Shown: positions 1 to 7,186, counted from the stretch's first letter. The stretch is 15,288 bases of DNA from an uncultured archaeon (GCA_964508365.1 CAZDTP010000076.1:1-15288); one strand, 5' to 3'. A program made the numbers and translations. The notes: a model not told the origin generated them from the letters alone.

Positions 1-211
1 CATCAAGAAAGATTTGTTTCTGATCAGAACCGCATATCCCACAATATTTCGTCTTAATGACCAGCCATTCATTAGTTATGAGCCTTGGAGAAGAAACTTC
101 TTTCAAATGTAATGGTCCAAGTTTGGAAAGATATCCTTTTAGATAAATTGTTCCTAATATTTTAGATAATGCTAACCTGGAAAGTTTGTAATTAAATACG
201 AGTGCTTTCAT
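1..211 (-). CDS. Zinc-dependent alcohol dehydrogenase / MDR superfamily, N-terminal part (runs off the window edge)
   Basis: Not in the ORF track. Manual translation from ATG at 211..209 gives MKALVFNYKLSRLALSKILGTIYLKGYLSKLGPLHLKEVSSPRLITNEWLVIKTKYCGICGSDQKQIFLD with no stop. GICGSD is the MDR catalytic-zinc motif. Confidence 0.85.
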   Translation of the reverse strand, partial: MKALVFNYKLSRLALSKILGTIYLKGYLSKLGPLHLKEVSSPRLITNEWLVIKTKYCGICGSDQKQIFLD

Positions 212-412
212 AATCCTTATTCATTAGGTATATTAAAAAGCTATTAGAATTTTAATTATTAATGATGTTTAAATGTTAATAAATATGATTCCCTTAAAAA
301 TTATTTATTACTTAAAACTAAATCATATAATTGGGATAATTTTATTTGAGAGAGCTTTTATAATAATTTAAAGTACCCATAATTCAATTTTGTTTTATTT
401 ACGATAATAACA

Positions 413-1969
413 ATGATCGAAAAACCTGAAAGAAGGGAAGATGAAGAAGAAGGCTCAGAAAACATAGATAATGCAGATATCCAAAATCATAAGGTTCCTG
501 AAGAGGAAACGAAAAAGGATGTAGGTAAACCTGTAATTCTCAAAGCGGAAGCTTATAAAACAATTATTTTGTATGCTAGCAGATATGCTAACCAAGCTAT
601 CCCTTCCAAAGATTGGAAAGAAATCTATGGACTTTTAATTGGATATCGAGATGACGATTTTGTATATGTGGAAAGAGCAACCCCAATGACCTTTGGTCAT
701 GATACCGATGTCGAATTCAGTGAAACAGATTACGGGGATATTGAAAAAATTAACGAAGAACTTGATAGAGAGGGTAAAGGTTATTTTTTCGTAGGATGGT
801 TTCATTCACATCCTGGATTAACATTATTTTTTTCTTATATTGATCTCATTAACCAACTTGGGTTTCAGGGCAAATTTGATAATGCAATAGGATTAGTCTT
901 CGATCATACTCTCCTTGGGAAGAAACGAGAAGAAAAAATCGATAAAAACATCCTCACAAAATATGATACGGGATTTGAGATTTATCGATTAACAGATGCC
1001 ACAATGGATCCAAATTCGGTCGAATTTGAAACGAATTATCATAAAGTGGATTATATTGTTGAAGGGTTAAATAAATTCTTTTTTGCAAACGTACTCGCAG
1101 AGTTATCATCTTTAGTATCTGCGGGAAAACCACTTCAGCAAGCCTTCAAGGAACAATATAAACTTGACTCGAATTATAAAGATCTAGATGAGGAATTGGA
1201 TAATCATAATTCCGATTTGAATGAAGAAAATCTTGTAGAAATCCCGCAATATGAGGATATGCAATTCAGCGTGAACGATATTTCTTATCAGACAAGTATA
1301 GATGATACTATTGTAAGAGAATTAGCTGAACAGATTATATACCAAGGGAATGAAGCTTTTAAAAACAAAGATCCTTTCACTGGTATAGAAAATTATCGCC
1401 AAGGAATTGAGAAATATAAAGAAATAAACGATATGAATAGAGTTATGGACTTACTAAGAAAGGTGTCTAGATTCTGTATTTCGAATAATCATTTAGTGTT
1501 AGCTCGAGATTTTGCTGAGGAATTATTCAAAGTAGCAGAAAATAACAATCATACATTTTATATGGGGATCGCTAATTATATTATAGGTTACATTGTCGTA
1601 AAAGAAGAAGAATTAGAAGCCTTAGAATTTGGTTTAAAAAAAATTGAAGAAGCAGCTGTAGAATTCATTAAAGTTAAAGATTTTGCTGGTGCTGGGATGG
1701 CTTTTAATAGAATAGGGTTGATATATGAAAAAAAAATTAAGAGTATTGGACAAGCGTGCCTTTTCTATCGTGAAGCCATAGAAAATTACAATAACGGTTT
1801 AATTTATAGTCACCCTCTAAGAATTACTCCGTGGAGCAAACCGGAAGTTTTAATTGAAAAACTCGTAGAATTAAGAGATATAGTCGATGTTTTACTGCCA
1901 GATATTGAAAATACTGAAATTAAAATGAAAGTCGTTGATGACTTGAAAGCCATTCATTATAACTTCTAA
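413..1969 (+). CDS. JAB1/MPN+ (JAMM) metalloprotease domain fused to a C-terminal TPR/SNAP-like helical region
   Basis: KEIYGLLIG supplies the catalytic Glu. VGWFHSHPGLTLFFSYID fits HxH-x7-S-x2-D exactly. The C-terminal half has TPR-like helices (e.g. GAGMAFNRIGLIYEKK...ACLFYREAIENY). Confidence 0.85.
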   Translation: MIEKPERREDEEEGSENIDNADIQNHKVPEEETKKDVGKPVILKAEAYKTIILYASRYANQAIPSKDWKEIYGLLIGYRDDDFVYVERATPMTFGHDTDVEFSETDYGDIEKINEELDREGKGYFFVGWFHSHPGLTLFFSYIDLINQLGFQGKFDNAIGLVFDHTLLGKKREEKIDKNILTKYDTGFEIYRLTDATMDPNSVEFETNYHKVDYIVEGLNKFFFANVLAELSSLVSAGKPLQQAFKEQYKLDSNYKDLDEELDNHNSDLNEENLVEIPQYEDMQFSVNDISYQTSIDDTIVRELAEQIIYQGNEAFKNKDPFTGIENYRQGIEKYKEINDMNRVMDLLRKVSRFCISNNHLVLARDFAEELFKVAENNNHTFYMGIANYIIGYIVVKEEELEALEFGLKKIEEAAVEFIKVKDFAGAGMAFNRIGLIYEKKIKSIGQACLFYREAIENYNNGLIYSHPLRITPWSKPEVLIEKLVELRDIVDVLLPDIENTEIKMKVVDDLKAIHYNF

Positions 1970-2072
1970 TCTCGACATACTACCAAAAACATTTTTCTTA
2001 TTTTGGATTAGTACAATCAAAAAAATTAAATTTTAGGTTATATTATTTTTATTACATACTTCTTTTAGTTGG

Positions 2073-2831
2073 TTGACAATTCCGCGTAAAAAACAAAAAA
2101 TAAAATTTTCACGCAAATTCGCTTGTAAACATCTCACTCCAATGGGAGATATCGCCAATAGTTTACAACCTCTTTGCTACTGTGGTGAACGAGACTTAGT
2201 AATGGGCAAAAAGGCTTATGTCTGCCAAGTATGCTCGTTGTACGTACAGACAAATCAGCGAGTCTCAGATGTATATGAAGAAAGTAGAAAAGATGCAGAA
2301 AAGAAAATTAAGGAGAAAAAAATAGAACTAGAGGCATTTGAATTAGCTGAATTAGCAGTTGATAGCGAGCTCGATTTAACAATTGATGAATTTGAAGAAG
2401 AAGATGAAGAAATTTCTCTAAAATTCGAAAAAAGAAAAGTAGGAAAAGACGAAATTGACGATTCTGAAGATTTTTCTTTAGAATGCCCATTTTGTGCAGA
2501 GCTATTCGACGATCTAAGATCCCATCTACTAAATTGTGAATTTGCTCCTGATGACGCAAGTATAGACGATATTCTGCCTTCCAAATCGCGAAAAAAGAAG
2601 AAAAAACCTACAGCGGCTTCAGGAACAGAGACTAAAGAAAAGCAAGTTTGTCCTTATTGTAAAAAAGAATTCGTTAGATTAGGGCGCCACATTACCTCCT
2701 GTCCAAAACGACCTAAAAATGATGATAAGGACGACGATAACGAGGAAGAAGAAGACGATAATGACGAGGAAGAAGAGGAAGATGACGAGGAAGAAGACGA
2801 GGAAGAAGACGATGATGATGATGAATCTTAA
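2073..2831 (+). CDS. Zinc-finger protein (N-terminal Cys/His cluster plus two C2HC fingers) with a basic patch and a poly-D/E tail
   Basis: TTG start. CKH...CYCG...CQVC cluster, then CPFC-x9-H-x3-C and CPYC-x9-H-x3-C, RKKKKK, and a C-terminal D/E run. The true start is uncertain. Confidence 0.75.
   Translation: MTIPRKKQKIKFSRKFACKHLTPMGDIANSLQPLCYCGERDLVMGKKAYVCQVCSLYVQTNQRVSDVYEESRKDAEKKIKEKKIELEAFELAELAVDSELDLTIDEFEEEDEEISLKFEKRKVGKDEIDDSEDFSLECPFCAELFDDLRSHLLNCEFAPDDASIDDILPSKSRKKKKKPTAASGTETKEKQVCPYCKKEFVRLGRHITSCPKRPKNDDKDDDNEEEEDDNDEEEEEDDEEEDEEEDDDDDES
2721..2826 (+). repeat. Low-complexity GAN-codon tract with imperfect GACGAGGAAGAAGA repeats, encoding the acidic tail
   Basis: GACGAGGAAGAAGA starts at 2763, 2784 and 2796, with a near copy at about 2740 and a (GAT)n run near the end. 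Confidence 0.8.
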
Positions 2832-2898
2832 AAATCCTTATAAAAAAGATTTTCCTTTTTAATCTCAAAACATATATTATTTAAATTAAACCATAGTT

Positions 2899-3825
2899 AT
2901 GGGTAGTCAAGAAAATATTTATTATTGTATTCCTGTTTTTCGGCCTCCCAGTGAGGCAAATTCTCTTTTAATACAATTAACTGAAGGTTGTACTTTTAAG
3001 TGCGATTTTTGTATGTCAAATCTTCGAAAACATTTTAAAATCCGATCAGTTGAGGAAGTTAAAAGAGATTTAGATATCGGGGCAAGAAGCAAATTTAATT
3101 TATCCGTGCGCAAATTATTTTTCTTAGATGGTAATGCTATGGTAACCCCCGTAGCAAAATTATTAGAGCTTACTAATTATGCTATGATAAAATTTCCTAA
3201 TTTAGAAAGAGTAGGCGTTTACGCTCATGCGAAGGATATATTGAAAAAATCTGATGATGATTTGAAAGCTTTATCAGATGCTGGGCTAAAAATTGCTTAT
3301 GTCGGATTTGAAAGTGGTTCTGATGAATTACTTGAAATAGTTCATAAAAACGCTACAAAAATGGATTTTATTAATGCCTCAAAAAAACTAATGAAAGCAG
3401 ACATAACAATGTCTGCAACATTTATTAATGGTCTTGGAGGGGCATATAACGAGAGCGTTTCTAAAACTCATGCTCTTGAATCAGCAGATTTAGTAAATAA
3501 AATTTGTCCTGATGACGAAAGGATATGGTATATTGCGTTTTTATCTCTCATGGTTCCACCCGGAACTGTTATATACGAGAAAAAATTGCGTAATGAATTT
3601 AAAGAGATGAAATCTTACGAGATTCTATTAGAATTGAAGCTATTCATTGAGACTATTAATTTTACTAATAAGTCCGCAAATTGTATATTTAGATCTAATC
3701 ATGCTTCTAATTATTTACCAATTAGAGGAGTATTAGAAAGAGATAAATCTGAAATTTTAAACCTCATTGAGTATGGGTTAAAAAATAAAGATATTTTAAA
3801 ACCTGAGCATTATCGGGGTTTATAA
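2899..3825 (+). CDS. Radical SAM (Fe-S oxidoreductase) family protein
   Basis: CxxxCxxC motif (CTFKCDFC) preceded by PVFRPPSEANSLLIQLTEG, plus FFLDGNA, YVGFESGSD and C-terminal FRSNHASNY. Substrate unknown. Confidence 0.92.
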   Translation: MGSQENIYYCIPVFRPPSEANSLLIQLTEGCTFKCDFCMSNLRKHFKIRSVEEVKRDLDIGARSKFNLSVRKLFFLDGNAMVTPVAKLLELTNYAMIKFPNLERVGVYAHAKDILKKSDDDLKALSDAGLKIAYVGFESGSDELLEIVHKNATKMDFINASKKLMKADITMSATFINGLGGAYNESVSKTHALESADLVNKICPDDERIWYIAFLSLMVPPGTVIYEKKLRNEFKEMKSYEILLELKLFIETINFTNKSANCIFRSNHASNYLPIRGVLERDKSEILNLIEYGLKNKDILKPEHYRGL

Positions 3826-3854
3826 ATTTTAAATATCAGAAAATCTTTATGATT

Positions 3855-4601
3855 TCAATTATTAAAAATTACTTCTCGATTATATTGTGTATATTTTTTT
3901 ATGGGACTTTTTGGATTGTTTATGAGTAGATTAATAATGCTTTCAATCTTATCGGGAGATATCGACAATTTCTCAGATATCTCGTTTATACTTAATTTAT
4001 CGTAGTTCTTAGCCATAGATTCGAATTGAGTAAAAAGTAAATTCTGATAAATTTTAGTGACTAGTTCTTTCAAATTGGGTAAATTAACATATTTAGACTC
4101 TTTAATGAAACTTAAAATTTTCCCAGAAGCATCGTTATAGTTAAGAACTTTATAGGAACTTATGATAGTATACAATTTTTTAATATGAGTAAAATAAGTA
4201 TTAATATCATCACTTAAATCATGAAGGTTATATTGATTTAGATTATCATCGACATCATTCTTTAACATTGCTAAGAGTTTTATGAAGTTTTCTAAAGTAG
4301 TTTCGGTGAGGGTTTCTTTCCTAAGATTGTTGTATCTTCTCAGAAAAATTTTCCGATGTTCATCAAATTCAACCAGGAGTTTTTGCTGTAAATGGGTGAA
4401 TTCCTTAATCTCTTTTTCCAAATCAAAATCTGTACTGTATTCTTCTACGAGAGTAAGAGTAGAATTTATTTTTGATAAAGCAGATTTGAAATCATCAAGA
4501 TCTATTTTTTTTAAGATAATTGATTTATAAAAATCTAGTTCTTCGATTATTTCTTTTTTTTGCTTATATCTATCTATTTTATCTTTTGAACTCATAATCA
4601 A
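3855..4601 (-). CDS. All-helical protein with a probable C-terminal PCI-type winged-helix domain
   Basis: The C-terminus NLLFTQFESMAKNYDKLSINEISEKLSISPDKIESIINLLINN...EVIFNN follows the PCI winged-helix pattern (Y-x2-I/L-S-I-x2-I-x3-L-x-I/L-S-x3-I/V-E-x2-I-x2-L-I ... V-x-F). The upstream part looks like a helical bundle. Confidence 0.55.
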   Translation of the reverse strand: MIMSSKDKIDRYKQKKEIIEELDFYKSIILKKIDLDDFKSALSKINSTLTLVEEYSTDFDLEKEIKEFTHLQQKLLVEFDEHRKIFLRRYNNLRKETLTETTLENFIKLLAMLKNDVDDNLNQYNLHDLSDDINTYFTHIKKLYTIISSYKVLNYNDASGKILSFIKESKYVNLPNLKELVTKIYQNLLFTQFESMAKNYDKLSINEISEKLSISPDKIESIINLLINNPKSPIKKYTQYNREVIFNN

Positions 4602-4776
4602 TTATGGCGAATTTTTTACCTCAAACCTATAATAACATTAAAGATCAAACGATAATTTAAATTTTAATGTATAAGAACTATACAGTTTTTATTCACTAGA
4701 AGCATTATGATTCTAAAAAGGAAAATAAAATGTAAAAATAAATTTAATTTTTAATATTTTTAAAATTCTTTAATAT

Positions 4777-5424
4777 CTATTCTTCGTCTGAAGTCTCATC
4801 TAATTCTACTTCAGCATCTTTGATATCATCTTCGAGTTCTTCTATTTCTTCCTCCAGCGTATCCGTTTCTCTTTCTATTTCTTCAGCATCTCCTTCTCCT
4901 TCTTCGGCTTTTTCTTCCAGTTTTTCAGTTTTCACTTTGTCTTTCTTCTTTTTTTTCTTAATTCTTGCATCAATTTCTTCTACCCTTTCTTCTAATTCAT
5001 CCGCTTTTTTCTCAAGGTCTTTTGTTTTCTTTTGCGCTTTCTTCGCCTTTTTTTTGTCTCTAGTTTCGATCTCTGCTATCTTCTCTTCTACTTTATCTTC
5101 GACTTTTTTAACTTTAGCTTCAACCTTCTTATCTAGCTCTTCTACTTTTTGCTCTATTTTTTCTTCGACTTCCTCTGCTTTTTTAAGTGAACCTGGCTTT
5201 TTATCACCGGGCCAAGCAATGTTCACAATAGCCCCAATTGAGATTATCACTATAAAAATTATTATGTATAGAGTTAAGTTATTTTGAGGAAAGAATGGCA
5301 AAACATAGTCCATCCAATTTATCATCCATAATCCCAATGGTGATACGATAGGCTTTAAAAAATTGAGAATGGCAGCAACAATGTCAGCAATTATTTGAAT
5401 AAAATCAACAGTTAGAAGAATCAT
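4777..5424 (-). CDS. Membrane-anchored coiled-coil protein, uncharacterised
   Basis: N-terminal amphipathic/hydrophobic segment plus TM (LYIIIFIVIISIGAIVNIAW), then a K/E-rich coiled coil with KVE repeats, a poly-K run and an acidic end. The start overlaps the upstream stop (ATGA). Confidence 0.75.
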   Translation of the reverse strand: MILLTVDFIQIIADIVAAILNFLKPIVSPLGLWMINWMDYVLPFFPQNNLTLYIIIFIVIISIGAIVNIAWPGDKKPGSLKKAEEVEEKIEQKVEELDKKVEAKVKKVEDKVEEKIAEIETRDKKKAKKAQKKTKDLEKKADELEERVEEIDARIKKKKKKDKVKTEKLEEKAEEGEGDAEEIERETDTLEEEIEELEDDIKDAEVELDETSDEE

Positions 5425-5936
5425 GATATCTCTTTCCCTCCTATTGTTGTTTTATATCTTTTCTCTCTTATCGTTTTCCGATTAATTACAAAATCCACGA
5501 AATCATAGCCCTTAAGAATAATAGTAAGGAAATATATTCCCATATATAACATTACCATGTTTTGAACATTAACAGTAATGTATCCAACATTAACAATTTC
5601 AATCACTATTTCAAAACGCACTAAAGTTGCTCCACTAAATTTGTACGACCAAATATACAAACAGTTTAAAATTATTTGTATTAGTGCGAATGTTCCTTTT
5701 CGAATTGATTGTTTGGGAGAAGAATAATTAAAAAATGCACAGGAACTTATAAGTAATCCGAATGTAGAAACCCAATATATTATTCTTTCGTAATTATGTT
5801 GCTCAAGTACGATAGCGACTCCCAATATATTCATCTCTTTGATAAAGGTAAAGGTAAAATAAGGAATTACCATAGTTGTAACAATATAGACACTCATATA
5901 GATTACCCCTCTAGTAATATTATAAAATCGCCCCAT
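5421..5936 (-). CDS. Integral membrane protein with about 4 TM segments, uncharacterised
   Basis: Four hydrophobic stretches. The track's GTG start at 5945 is part of a GGTGA RBS, so ATG 5936 (MGRFYN...) is the more likely start. Confidence 0.75.
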   Translation of the reverse strand: MGRFYNITRGVIYMSVYIVTTMVIPYFTFTFIKEMNILGVAIVLEQHNYERIIYWVSTFGLLISSCAFFNYSSPKQSIRKGTFALIQIILNCLYIWSYKFSGATLVRFEIVIEIVNVGYITVNVQNMVMLYMGIYFLTIILKGYDFVDFVINRKTIREKRYKTTIGGKEIS

Positions 5937-5948
5937 TTTAATCACCTT

Positions 5949-6524
5949 TTACGGATAATGATGTATTGAGTAATTTATAATAGTGGTTGTGAATGTGTAG
6001 AGATCTAATGAATAAGAAGCTCTAAAAGTGAGATTAGCATGATATTCTAAGATGTAAGGGGTTCTATACCAATCAATATTCGAGAGGGGAGGAATATTCG
6101 GGAGAATGAATCCGTCTGCTGCAGTACCATTGAGGGAAGATTTCAAAAATCCTCCATGGGCAACATTGCCATAAAAATGAGATTTATCAAAGATTTTTAC
6201 AGTTGTTGATGCGTTTCCAGGGAGTAATGTATTCCCGTAAGTCATCGAAACCTGAAAACTTATTTCTATATTGGTTAAATCGTAGACACCAGCATTCGTT
6301 ATATTAAAAGGTAAGATAATCAGCATTGAGCTTGTGCTAGTAATATTTAAGTCTACTTCGATAGGTCCATCGGGGACGTTGATATTATAGGAATCTGGAT
6401 TTAAAATAGTTACAGCAGAAAAACCACCTAAAAATCCGACAGCCGATAATGATAATGTAAAAACAAGAAGAAATAGACGAACAACCCACCTGAACACACG
6501 TGACGGTCTAATTATGTTCACCAA
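5949..6524 (-). CDS. Single-pass membrane protein with an extracellular beta-rich (LEA_2/WHy-like or Ig-like) domain
   Basis: N-terminal TM (VVRLFLLVFTLSLSAVGFLGGFSAVTIL), then alternating beta-strand patterns (LIILPFNITNAGVYDLTNIEISFQVS) and several N-x-S/T sequons. TTG or GTG start. The domain call is tentative. Confidence 0.65.
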   Translation of the reverse strand: MVNIIRPSRVFRWVVRLFLLVFTLSLSAVGFLGGFSAVTILNPDSYNINVPDGPIEVDLNITSTSSMLIILPFNITNAGVYDLTNIEISFQVSMTYGNTLLPGNASTTVKIFDKSHFYGNVAHGGFLKSSLNGTAADGFILPNIPPLSNIDWYRTPYILEYHANLTFRASYSLDLYTFTTTIINYSIHHYP

Positions 6525-6607
6525 TCTTTACATATACTTTTTTATTAGATTTAGTAAGTTAACAATAATTAGATAGGCATGTTTATAAATTTATTGTCAA
6601 GTTTAAC

Positions 6608-6648
6608 AAAAAAGGGAAGTCTTTAAATACGGCACGGGCGCAACCGTG
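6608..6648 (-). terminator. GC-rich hairpin followed by a T6 tract, candidate 3' end of the selenoprotein transcript
   Basis: Minus strand reads CACGG-TTGCGC-CCGTG (6648..6633), followed by CCCTTTTTT (T6 at 6613..6608), in otherwise AT-rich DNA. Confidence 0.4.
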
Positions 6649-6692
6649 AATCACTTAATCTTCAAAAATTTACAAGATAAGTTCATTTATCA
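6647..6692 (-). promoter_or_regulatory. Candidate eukaryote-type SECIS element (selenocysteine insertion sequence) in the 3' UTR
   Basis: Minus strand reads AUGA-A-CUUAUCUU-GU-AAA-UUUUUG-AAGAUUAAG-U-GA-U. Core: U6685.U6650, G6684.A6651, A6683.G6652, A6682-U6653. An 8-bp helix with one bulged U follows, and the apical loop carries AAA 11 nt after AUGA. Confidence 0.7.
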
Positions 6693-7064
6693 ACCGTATA
6701 CATTTGAATTTTTTTTTATGAACAACACCCCTACTTTTTTACCTTTCACTTCTCCTACTGCCGCATCTACAATGGTTAATGGTTTTTCTTCTAACTCAGG
6801 AATGATATTTTTCTCAATGTATACCTCGATATGCTCGGCTTTAAATTGTTCGTTCTCAATATTAGTATCATTCAACTTAACAAAATCGTTATCGTCTAAG
6901 AGTTTAAATTTTTCCACCAACTCGACAAAATTTCCACAAAGAGACATTGTTCATGTTTCAGCGGAATGATAAAAAAGTACTACTACTAATTGTTCTGATT
7001 CGATATTTTGTTGTTCATGAATAATATAATCCATTGCTTTTTTTGAGAAAGAAATTTTAAACAT
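6690..7064 (-). CDS. Candidate selenoprotein, HesB/IscA-like fold, 124 aa, with in-frame UGA at codon 38 (U-x4-C)
   Basis: ATG 7064 lies 117 nt (39 codons) upstream of and in frame with the track's ATG 6947, and the only interruption is TGA at 6953..6951. GGTGA RBS at 7072..7068. Translation: MFKISFSKKAMDYIIHEQQNIESEQLVVVLFYHSAET-U-TMSLCGNFVELVEK...EVYIEKNIIPELEEKPLTIVD...NVYG. A SECIS-like hairpin follows directly. Confidence 0.75.
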
Positions 7065-7072
7065 TCATCACC

Positions 7073-7186
7073 AGTATAATTTTTTTATGAACTTATATTT
7101 ATTTTTATATAATATATAAAACTATTATTTATCTAAAATACTTAGTTTAATATTTTAATACAATATTGAAAAAAGATGTATAAAAA
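7073..7186. promoter_or_regulatory. Divergent promoter region between the selenoprotein gene and the P-type ATPase gene
   Basis: Extremely AT-rich gap with TATA-like TTTATATAATATATAAAA near 7104..7121. The exact boxes cannot be assigned. Confidence 0.4.

Noticed and set aside
4820-5287. 155-aa Ser/Phe-rich plus-strand ORF
   Set aside because: Mirror of GAA/AAA codons of the K/E-rich gene on the minus strand.
4777-5424. SNARE-like resemblance of the coiled coil (DLEKKADELEE resembles synaptobrevin-type heptads)
   Set aside because: The membrane anchor is N-terminal rather than C-terminal, no clear zero-layer R/Q is seen, and the similarity is explained by generic K/E heptads.
6617-6656. Alternative SECIS core using GUGA (6654..6651) with AGAC (6622..6619)
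   Set aside because: The intervening 27 nt do not form a continuous helix II and have no apical AA. The AUGA-based fold at 6686..6650 fits much better.
6690-6947. 85-aa ORF starting MSLCGNF as given in the track
   Set aside because: Its ATG has no RBS and sits two codons after an in-frame TGA, while the frame continues to a better start at 7064. Treated as the C-terminal part of the longer gene.
6951-6953. Genome-wide UGA reassignment (Trp or Gly) as the explanation for the in-frame TGA
   Set aside because: TGA ends acdB at its expected C-terminus (13173) and the 5421 gene, and Trp is encoded by TGG in the window. A pseudogenising nonsense mutation cannot be fully excluded but does not explain the adjacent SECIS-like hairpin.
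6646-6969. 107-aa plus-strand ORF
   Set aside because: Antisense shadow of the selenoprotein gene, S/F/T-rich with no motifs.
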